In this document: positions 11,641 through 23,600 of the stretch, piece after piece
How positions within the stretch are numbered: the first letter of the stretch is position 1
How the letters are laid out: each line of letters opens with the position of its first letter
Origin: Bugula neritina
Taxonomy: Eukaryota; Animalia; Bryozoa
Assembly (NCBI GenBank): GCA_964035545.1
Contig: OZ037767.1
Location: forward strand, 30,334,628-30,398,627
Length of the DNA: 64,000 bases
Reading direction: 5' to 3'
The notes under the pieces: generated by a model
Databases searched by the model: none
What the model saw: only the letters and a program-made list of their open reading frames with translations
Told to the model about the DNA's origin: nothing
Program-made: the position numbers and the translations under genes

Positions 11641-14600
11641 ATGGTACAGTATATAGCATAACATTTTATTAGATTATTTAATTACTGTTTTGTAAAGCAA
11701 TTTCTTGTGCAAATGTTATTTTGCAAAGTATGATAACTTAAACCAAGCCAATATGCTCATGAGCTGCACATAAAAGTTTCATATTCTTATAAAAACTGTA
11801 ATTCTTTTTCAATATTCTAAGCAATCGGTGTACTAAATAGAAACGCATTTATATGATTATTGCAACTTTTAATGTAGTTATGCTAACTCTTTAGTAGTGT
11901 GAAAAAAATTATAAGATTGTAAAAGATTTTTGTTTTAATGACATGGCATATTTAATTCCAACTTCTTATTCAATTCAGTGATGAAAAATTTTAAAAAAAT
12001 TTCTTGCTAAAACTAGAAGAATGCATATCACATGTTTAATAGAACAATGTTGGATATACTGCCATGATTCTGTTTGGTAGAGTATTTCATGCAAAGCCTA
12101 ATTGTTTACAAATTTCATTATAAGCCAAATATTATATTATCACTTACTAGATTTAAATAACTTTTAGCTGACTAAAAGTCCTTCATACTATAAACCAAGC
12201 TCCATTTTATAAATTTAGGAGTTTTTCCTATAGATGCAGCTACTGCAAAGATATGCAATTTTATTGGTAAACAATTTATTATGAGAACGGATCAGTAACA
12301 ATTACTTTAGATATTATCATATTATATTATATATTTTGCTAATTGTTGCTAATGCATTGACTCTTTGTTTATAAATTTGTTGTATTGTGACTTGTGCAGT
12401 ACACAGTTTCATACTTTGGTTTAGTACGGCCAGATTCACTGCTGTGTGAGGTCTCTCATATTAGACAAATTCGGTGAAGAAACCTGGGCTAAAATAGTGT
12501 GAGTATGCAATGGCGACTTTATGTATCGAAATTGCTGTTGCCATATGATAACTTTAGTATTGCATAGCAACACATATTAACAGTTATACTAGTTATTATA
12601 GTGGTAGTTGAATAATTAATATGATGGTAATTAGGCATAATTTGTTATGATGGTAATTATTTTTTGTAGTAATTATTACTGTGGTAATTAAAATTGTGGT
12701 AATTATCATGGTGAAAATTGCTAGCAATAAAGTAGTATTAGAAAGCTTTTAGAAAATAATAAATACAATACACATATATATGCAATTTTCTAAATGATGA
12801 AATTATTACACAATTCTATTGAAAATTAATGTATAGAGTTGTCTGGCTGTGAACTCCAACCATCACACAAGTATAATATGCTGACTAGTAGCGCCATTGT
12901 TGAAATATTCAAAGCGCTGCCAGGTCTATCGCTGCAGTAATGTACCGCAACAATAATATTATTCTCATTACATCATAAGTTATTAATTCATACAAGGCTG
13001 TGATATCACTAGTTCTTGGTCACAGGGTGTCTCTATTGATCAATCCTTTGAGAATTACATTCAATTCGGAATCATAAATAATTATGTGGTGCTTTAAGTA
13101 CATCATATGTGCTGACCAAGGTAAATCAGGTTAGCATTGACTATAGATAGCCCTGCAATTATAACAGATATGGAAGGGCAGTGTGCTGTGTGATGCAATA
13201 ATTACATGCAGCATATTATATGCAATCATGGTACCATTATATGATGTATTATCTATTATATGATATACATTTTTACAATTTTAGTGAGGTTTCAAAGATT
13301 GACGAAATAAATGATTTCATGGTGTTCCACCAATACCCTGACGAGCCAACTATGAGACTGGTGGCTTCTGTGGCAAAAGTTGCAGGTAAAGCAGTACACG
13401 TTGACATTTCAGTGGAGTAGTGGAGAAATTTTAGAAGCTCAAGAAATATGGATTTGGGTGTAGGTTGTGACCACATGTGAGTGACCTCTGAGCCACATAT
13501 GAGTCAGAGTGCTATTCTAACTACGTTGTGGGTTTGGGGCATATTACCTGTAAGTCACCTGTGAGTCACCTGTAAGTCACCTGTGAGTGACCTGTGAGTG
13601 ACCTGTGAGTGACCTGTGAGTCACCTGTGAGTCACCTGTGAGTCACCTGTGAGTCATAGTGCTAATCTAACTACATTGTGTAGAACTAGATGTTGTGGTG
13701 GTACTGGAGGTGTTTGGAGAATACTTTCTAGAGTACTGTCTCAAGCATGGCTATGACAAGATGCTCATGACACTGGGAGCTGACTTTGAGACTTTCATTC
13801 AGAACCTTGATTCTCTACACGCCCTCCTTCAGCTGTCCTACAAGAACATGCAGGCTCCTTCCTTCAGGTAACCTGATTAGTCATACTAACAAGTCATCAT
13901 TTCTGGTAATATGTTATAATAGTCATGAGAGTCCAATAATATCATCTTTAGTAACTCATCTTCATGGTTTTTAAGTCAGCAAAAAGATCATCTGTCAAGT
14001 AACTTTCAACTTGTAACACTGATTAGTAAGCAAGTTTGTATATTATTTCATTTAATATAGTGTTATTTGCTACCGCTTGTATTCATGTCACTAAATGACC
14101 TTGAGTAGTCATTTACAACTATACTTCATTGACATCTGTAGGTGTGTCTCGAAAGGAGATGGAGTGTTGGATCTTCATTACTATTCATACAGGAAAGGGT
14201 TATATCCAATAGTAAAAGGTGCGTGCATTCACATATTACAGTTTCTAGCTAGTCTACCATTACAAACTTGTGCAGTTTTTAAAGCTAAACTTTTAAAATT
14301 GCTGGTCTTGACTCCTGCAAGTGTTGGCTTGGCGTTTTAAAAATCGCCATTGCAAACCATAACATATAATATAGTAAAGCATTGACAAAACACTTTTAAT
14401 TACAATTTTAAATCATGCAACAATCAACTACTTATTTCTATAACATTGATTAGTTTTCTTCATATAATAATTACTTATTTTATACATCTCATTCGCATAG
14501 CTTGTTGTCCTGTACACAACTATTTAGGATTGGTACGAGAGGTTGGGAGACGTCTCTTCAATTGTACAGTTACTTGTAAAGTGCTGCACATTACTGAAGA

Positions 14601-17600
14601 CATAGCATCTGTGATAGCTGGTGTAGATGGAGACTCATTCAAAGAGTATGTGAAGTTTGAGTTACATATAGTGAAGAATATATCATCACCTGATGACACT
14701 ATTTGTGGAGCATCAAGTGATACGCCCTTACCAACAGAGCAAATTGCAAGTTTTCAAGGTATTTTCCACCACCAAAAGAATGTTTTATTACAATATACAT
14801 TTATTGCTTGTTGTCTATATTGAAATATCATGACTATTTGCTACATGTTGTACATTCATTATCTTTATCTATTTGTATATGTGTACATGTATTAGTTGTA
14901 ATTATATTTGAGCCAAATCTAATATTAATAACATAACCAGGCTAGCATATAATATACGCATTGTGACAATCACAAATGTTTTTAAATCTGCATGGCTGGT
15001 GCAAATAGTTAACGCCTTGTGACTTGAAGAGAAACAGCTTTTTAATAAAACACCATCAAATATTTTTATATGTGCCTAATTACACAAATATTTTGCAAAA
15101 ATAGTATTATTAAACTTCCAGTTGTTTATGTTCCATTGATGCTCCTTTACTTAAACCATATTTTATTTAGTTTGTTATTCATATTTATATTTGTTGCAAC
15201 CTTCTTATCTAATATTTAATTTAAACTAGTTTTGTCACTTCCATCTTTCAGTTTATTTTGTGTATTGCTTCAAGCTTTTGAATTATTCTGTTTAGGCATA
15301 AATGTAGGTTTATAGTTATATTTTGCCATTAACCCTCGATAGATGTTGAAATGATTTAATTTTAACTTTGAAGAAACTGCACATAGCAGTGCTGCAAGTG
15401 GAAGTGAGAAAAAGCCAGGGATTGAGGGGGCAGTTCTGAATGCAGCCCATCTGTCACAAGGTGCGATACTTAGAATTTTCAGCTAACTTAACTTAGTAGA
15501 ATGTTATATAATCTTTGATTTATATTATAAACTGTACCCTATTCGATATAATTATTTTTATACTGACTAGCTTTGAAAAAGCTGATTTTCAAAATGATAT
15601 ACTTTGAGTGTTTTAAATTAAAATGAATTTAAATGTGAAAAGCAGAAATATTTATCCTCATAAATCATAAAGCCAATAATAAATATAACAAAAATACTTC
15701 TACAAATTATAGCAACAAATTAAACCCACATTTATGCTGCAGCAGATCAACCCATGAGTAAGTTAGACTGTAAAACATTGTCTGGTCCAGCTTTTGTCAG
15801 TTTCATTTCTTCTACATTCTTGTATTGCAAGCTTTCATCATATTGTCATTGTATATGGCTGAGTCTCCACCTTCCTTTTGGTCTGTCTCTGCGAAGTGAA
15901 TACACTTATTAGGGTGCAAGCACTTTAGAAGATTCACTGCAGAGTGAGAGAGTTATAGTGTGTTGAGAAACAATCATGCGATCCTATCGCTAATCACATT
16001 CATGGCAATCACGTGACAATATGCTAACTAATTGCTTTACTAGAATCGCTGTATACTTGTTTACCTTCTCTTCCGTTTTATATTATACAGAACCATCACG
16101 CTGTTTTTCATTCTAATAAATATTTTATTATCAAATAATTAAATCAGTCAGTCAGTTTGCTCGATAAGTTAAATCAGCAATCAATAACGTATTTCATAAT
16201 AAATACTAAACACAATGGCAACACATTCAACAGGTTATGGGCCCAGTGGCTTCAAACACAGGCTTCTCTTTGATGGTGATTCAAACAATTTCTCAATTTG
16301 GGAAACAAGATTCACTTCATACTTGTACACACAAGATGAAGGAGTACACACCGCACTTCTACCCAAAGAAGAAGGAGAAGATAACGCTGCTGACTTCAAC
16401 AAAAAGAATAAGCGAGCTTATGCTGAGCTTGTACAAGTTTTAGACGAAAAGTCTCTTCAACTTGTGATGAGAGATGCCAAAGACGATGGAAGAAAAGCAT
16501 TCAAAATTCTAAAAGAACACTATGCAAGTACACAAAAGCCTAGAATATTAACTCTTTATGAACAACTTACAACTGTAAAAATGAATGATACAGAAGACAT
16601 TACAGATTACCTGATTCGTGCTGAGAACTACTCAGCAGGCCTCAAGTCTGCTGGGGAAAATATTAGTGACAATTTGGTGATCGCAATGATCATGAAAGGA
16701 TTACCAACATCCTACCAGCCTTTTGTTGTAGTACATACGCAACTTGACAAAAACCAAACCCTATCAGAGTTCAAAGCAGCTCTGACCAACTTTGACCTTA
16801 CCGAGTCGGCAAGGTGCTCTCAATCTACAGCCATGGTATTTAAAGGAAGAGACAATTTCAAACCCACTAGCAAACGTGATAAACAGTGCACTGCTTGTGG
16901 TAAAAGCAATCATTCTACAACAGATTGTTACTCAAAGCACAAACTATTTTGTAACTACTGCAAGAAAGCTGGACATATCGAATCAGTTTGCTGGACAAAG
17001 AAGAAGACAAGTAAAACTGAAATTTCATCGGCAAATGCCACATATGCCTTCACTGTGAATGCATCAAACCAATGCAACATAGCCACACAAAATAAATCTC
17101 AAGGAGGACAGTTGCTTATGGTGGACTGCGGAGCGACAAGTCATCTGGTGAACAATGAGAACAACTTCATTAGTTTTGATAAGAGCTTCATGCCTGAGAA
17201 CCACTACATAGAGATGGCAGATGGTCGCAAAACAAACAAGCTGGCTGTAGCCAAAGGCACAGCACAGTTTACTATTACTGATGACAACAATATGGAGCAG
17301 CAGATTCATCTAAAAGATGCTTTGCTAGCACCAACAATACCAATAAGCCTATTTTCAGTCCACGCCGCCACACAAAAAGGGGCAGAAGTACATTTCTCGA
17401 GAGAGAAAAATATACTGACAGTCGACAGGACAAATTTTCCAATCATGCCCAAAGGCAGATTGTACTTCTTCAAGACAACCCATACAGGTGACTCAATGAA
17501 CACCGCAAAATCGCTGCCCGATTGGCACAGGGCACTGGGTCATATGAACACCAATGACATAATTGAGCTGGAGAAAGTGACAACAGGTATGACCATAACT

Positions 17601-20600
17601 GGAGCAAAATTAAAAATTGCATGCAAGACATGTGACGAAAGTAAAATTACCAAACAACCTCACAAACAAGACGATAAACCTGAACTAGCTACACAGCCTC
17701 TACAACGTGTACACTCTGACTTATGCGGACCCATCACACCAACTGCTAGAGGAGGACAAAACTACATAATAAACTTCATAGATGAATTTTCCAGTATGTT
17801 GTTCACCTACAATATACGCCACAAAAGTGATGCCACCACTGCACTTAAGCAATTCATTGCAGATGTGGCACCTATAGGAAATGTGAAGGAGATCCATACT
17901 GACAACGGCATGGAGTACCTTGGACAGCCATTTGAAGCCGTGCTACGCGAGAGGGGAATCAAACACACCACTACAGCACCCTACTCATCCTACCAGAATG
18001 GTAAATCAGAGAGGACTTGGCGCACCATAATGGACACAGCACGATGCCTACTCAAAGATTCAAATCTCCCCAAGACTTTCTGGAGTTTTGCCGCTGACCA
18101 TGCCAAGTACCTAAGAAACCGAAGCTACCAGAGACGAACGGGAAAGACAGTCTATGAGTTATTCACAGGCACGCTACCCGACATGAGGAAAATTCACAAT
18201 TTTGGATCTCAATGCACATTCTACTCAGAGGGATATAAGTTAAAACTCAGTGACCGCGGACAAAGCGGCATATATCTTGGTGTCAACACAAAGGCCCAAG
18301 GCTACCTTATACTTACCCCTAATCAGAAAATTGTTACATCCAGAAATGTCATACCACAAATATGCGGAAATGACGCAATGAACGTCATGCCACAAGGACC
18401 CGCACAAAACAGCAGAAATGGTACCCAGAATACCATGCCACAAGAACCTGCACAAATATGCGGAAATGACGCAATGAACGTCATACCACAAGGACCCGCA
18501 CAAAACAGCAGAAATGGTACTCAGAATACCATGCCACAAGAACCTGCACAAATATGCGGAAATGACGCAATGAACGTCATGCCACAAGGACCCGCACAAA
18601 ACAGCAGAAATGGTACCCAGAATACCATGCCACAAGAACCTGCACAAACATGCGGAAATGACGCAATGAACGTCATGCCACAAGGACCCGCACTAAACAG
18701 CAGAAATGGTACTCAGAATACCATACCACAAGAACCTGCACCAGATCCGGCAAAAGCCACCAATCAACCTGCACCACGTAAATCAGAACGGAAACGAAAG
18801 CCTCCTACATACCTACAGGACTATGACATAGAAGACACTGACTATGCTTGCTCACTGATGGCAAACATACCACAGTCCTACCAAGAAGCTGTAAATTCAA
18901 AAGATAAAGAAGCCTGGAAGAAAGCCATGGATAAGGAAATAAACACCCTACGTGATTCAAACACCTGGTCTATCCAGCCGCTACCTGAAGACAGGACAGA
19001 GACCAAGGGCAGATGGGTTTATACCCTCAAACAGGGAAAAACGCCAGGTGAAACTCAACATAAAGCTAGATATGTAGCAAAAGGATTTTCACAAATACAA
19101 GGAGTTGACTATGAAGAAACTTACAGTCCAACCACCAGATTCACATCCATCAGATTGCTGTTACAGAAAGCAGCAAATGAAAACATGAAAATACATCAAC
19201 TAGATGTTAAAGGAGCGTACCTAAACGCACCAATCGATAAGGAAATTTATCTACAACAGCCTGAAGGGTACGAAGAAACCAACAAACAAGGGAAGCTTTC
19301 TTGTCGTCTCAACAAATCCATTTATGGCCTCAAGCAAAGCGGACGCAATTGGCACCAAACACTGACCACTTTCCTCAAGGAGCAAGGCTTCACACCTGGT
19401 GCTGGAGACCCTTGTCTATACTCAAAAGAGGACTCTTCAGATAAATCAGCCAACATCATCATTCTTTTCTGGGTTGATGACATCCTTCTCTGCTGCCGAG
19501 ATGACAACAGAATCACACAAACCAAATCTATGATGCAACAAAAATTCAACATGGATGATAGAGGAGAATTAAGCTGGTTCCTGGGGATAGACTTCAGGAG
19601 ACATGAGGACCAGTACACTATGTCACAGGAGCGCTACATAGACACGCTGCTGAACACCTACAATATGGCAAATTGCAACCCTGTATATACTCCTGCTGAA
19701 AAGGACTTACAACTAGAAAAAGCAACAGACGACGAATATGAGCATTCAAAGGACTACCCCTACAGACAAGTTATAGGTTCTCTCATATACCTAATGACTG
19801 CCACACGTCCAGACCTAGCATGGATCATTGGGAAGCTCTCCCAACACTTAGAAAGACCTGGACCTGCACATATTGCTGCCTTGAAACGGCTGCTACGATA
19901 CCTTAAAGGTACAAAAGGATTTAATCTGAGATTCACTCCCAATCAACAAGAACTAGTGGGCTATGTGGATGCAGATTGGGGTGGAGAAACCTCCACACGA
20001 AGATCAACAACGGGATATGTATTCACCCTGGGTGGAGCCCCTATAAGCTGGAACAGCCGACGACAACCCACAGTGGCCTTATCATCATGCGAGGCCGAAT
20101 ACATGGCATTAGCTGAAGCCACAAAGGAGATGCTATTCCTACAGACTTTGTGCAAAACATTCAAGATGAAACAGCCTAACCCTAACATACTTTTCACTGA
20201 CAACCTTGGAGCCATTGCCCTCACCAAGGGACAACCATACTCACATCAGAGGAGCAAACACATTGACATTAGATTCCACTTTGTCAGAGAGCAAACCACC
20301 ATAGCGTACCAACACATCAGAGGAGCAGAGAACCCTGCCGATGTCATGACTAAGAGCTTGCCTAAAACCAATCACAGAATTGCACTGGAGTTACTAGCTA
20401 TCGAATCACATGCTTGAGGGGGCGTGTTGAGAAACAATCATGCGATCCTATCGCTAATCACATTCATGGCAATCACGTGACAATATGCTAACTAATTGCT
20501 TTACTAGAATCGCTGTATACTTGTTTACCTTCTCTTCCGTTTTATATTATACAGAACCATCACGCTGTTTTTCATTCTAATAAATATTTTATTATCAAAT

Positions 20601-23600
20601 AATTAAATCAGTCAGTCAGTTTGCTCGATAAGTTAAATCAGCAATCAATAACGTATTTCATAATAAATACTAAACACAATGGCAACACATTCAACATAGT
20701 GTGTGAATTATAAGGAGTTTGAGCAAATACTGTGAACATAAATAGAAAAAGTAAAACTGGGCAATATTGGTCATCTAATAAAATCTATGAGCGAATCATT
20801 GCTTGGGATTTTACTTGATAAAATTACGTGATTTACAATCAGGGCTCAGAAAACTTTTTGACAAAATGTAGCAGCTCAAAATATTATTTCAACAGAAAAA
20901 TAGCTCATCTAACAACTTTGTTACTTTTGTTTTTATTGAAACTGTCCTTTGTCAATTATTGACATTTTTGAAGCAAAGTTTTGTGTAGCTTTTGAGTAAT
21001 TTAGACACTATAAATGTTTAAACTTTACATGATATTGAATAGACAGAAAACCATGGCATATTGAAATGACTGCTACTGCCAAAGCCCCTAAGCTTTATAA
21101 CTCAGCTTTACCTAATTGTTAATGAAATATGAAATAGCCTTTATGTATTGTAATAAAAGAATCACCTTGGCTTGACATTCACTGTTACCTTCAGCCATTG
21201 CACTAATACCCAATGAATTAGGCACTGCATTGCAAGTTGTGTATTTTTCTACAAATCTTGCAGGAATTAGTATTGTTTTCTATTTTAGAACTTTTCTGCA
21301 CCATATTTCCATACCACGTGCTCTTTGATGAGTCCATGAACATCGTTCAGCTTGGTGACGGCCTGAAAAGGATCTGCACACACTTTACAAAGTGTGTCAA
21401 AGCCAGAATCACAGTGAAGATGTCAGATGTGTTTGAGATGATTCACCCAATGATGTCCATTTGCTATTCCAATATTGAGCATTTCATGAACGCCGTGTTC
21501 CTCTTACAGGTCAAACCACAGCCTGGTGAAACTTCTTCACAAATGGTGTTAAAAGGTAATTCTATATCATTTTTTCTGCGCGGTGACAATTACATATATT
21601 TCTTGAGCCAAGTTAGAATTTCCATTAGGTTTTGTTAGAGACAGTAGCAGTTGGTTTTATTTTTTGCTATAACAATGGCACAAATCTGCGTTAAAGTGGC
21701 AGTCATTATATTATCATTTTGATGGCGTAATTCAAATATAATATAAACCTTGCTAATTAACAGTTACTATCTGTACCAGTTATTAGTTACCAGTTATTAG
21801 TTACCAGTTATTAGTTACCAGTTATTAGTTACCAGTTATTAGATACCAGTTATTAGTTACCAGTTATTAGTTACCAGTTATTAGTTACCAGTTATTAGTT
21901 ACCAGTTATTAGTTACCAGTTATTAGTTACCAGTTATTAGTTACCAGTTATTGGTTACCAGCTAATAACTACTAGTTACTATTAATTTTGTGCTATTTTA
22001 CTGCATGTTAGCTTTTGAATAATAAAATGTATTTAATACAATGGAGAGGCATTCAGCGGAGCTTGAATGTTTCTCTGGTAGAAATTCCATCACGTAATAA
22101 TAATTGTGGTAGTGACTAGTGACATGGTTGCATACTTTTCAAAGACAATAAAACAATTTGTCAACGCTCACCTCAACATAATGTATGAAATAAATTGCTT
22201 CAGGTCAAATAGTTCTTGAGCCAATCACAAGCAAGCTCTTCTTTATTGGATCTCCCAGAATAGAGAGTCTGGCAGACCTGAAGAAGCACAACATTTACCT
22301 CTCAGACATCCCACTCTATGATGTCACGAGGGAACTCGTACTTCTCAATCAGCAGAGGATTGCTGAGATAGAAGTTAGGTAACCAAACTAATCAATAATT
22401 ATCTATCAATCTTTGATCTATAATCAATTGATTCATGTGGCTTTGCTGATTAGGTAATTAAACATTGGTATCAAGTATATTTTATGTAATCCTCCAATCG
22501 ATATGAAATCTTACATAATTTATTCAAAAGACATTTTCTTTTTCCTATGTCATTAAAGTTATTTTCTGATAAATTATATACTCCTGTGCTAAATACATTT
22601 GATAAATTATATTCTATAATGGTTTGCAAAATGAATAGAAAATAAAAGGTCATTAGTTTGTTTATTATGGTAGTGTAATCGTTTCAACAGAATTTATACA
22701 TTCCTATGGAAGATAATATCCTGCCTTAATTACATTTACTCTAATAAATATATAATAATTTACTGCATATACTTGAAAATAAGAAATTGTATTGTCAAGT
22801 CTTAAGCAACTTTGTTATACAACTTAACAGTACATGACATTATAGATGAATAATTTATATTATTACTTCTTTATATATAAAATATTTTATCTGTATTTTG
22901 TTGTCATACAAACAGCAAAAGACTAGATGAGACAACGGCAGAGCTAAAGAAGACAGCTATTGAGTTGGAAAATGAAAAATTAAAAACAGACAGACTTCTG
23001 CATGAGATGCTTCCTGTAAAAGTAGCCAATCAGCTCAAGCAAGGCAAAACTGTTGAAGCAGGTACTCCATATTTCCCCCACTCAATAATATTGTATAGGT
23101 GCTGCTAATCATTAGCTTCATGATATCATAGCATTTCCGGAGAATTCCTGCGAGCTCGAAATGAAGCTGAAAAGTGATGTTGAACTTTCTATTATTGTGA
23201 CAAAACAAGGTGTCTGGAGACCATAGACCTGTTTTTGTTGGCCTTAAATTAAGTTGTAACAAACAGGTTACAGCTGTAAATAGCAAAACGTCTTGAGTTA
23301 TTTGACTCGGCCTGAACACCCTTCTATAGCTTCAGCAAACTTCTTTGAAAACACAGAATTTAGAATCCCCATCTTTACTAGTTTTGTATGATTGGTTGAG
23401 CCATATCTTGTAGATGGTGGTGTAGATGTTATAGCAAGAACAGCAATTAATAGAATTGCACATTCCAGGTTTTTATTTTAATTAGAACTGAAGTTCTACT
23501 CATAGCCGTTGAGTAAGGCATTTAATTTACAATGTTACTGTTTTTAAATATTTCATAGATGAAAGGATTGATTATTCCTGTTGACTTTTGAAAACATGCT

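Larger units (their letters stand above)
15961..20696 (+). mobile_element. Full-length Ty1/copia LTR retrotransposon (4736 bp) in sGC intron 7, same orientation as host
   Basis: LTRs 15961-16232 and 20425-20696 (TGTTGA...TCAACA), identical by eye; TSD TAGTG at 15956-15960 and 20697-20701; PBS at 16233; PPT GAGGGGGCG at 20416-20424; intact polyprotein ORF. Confidence 0.98.
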
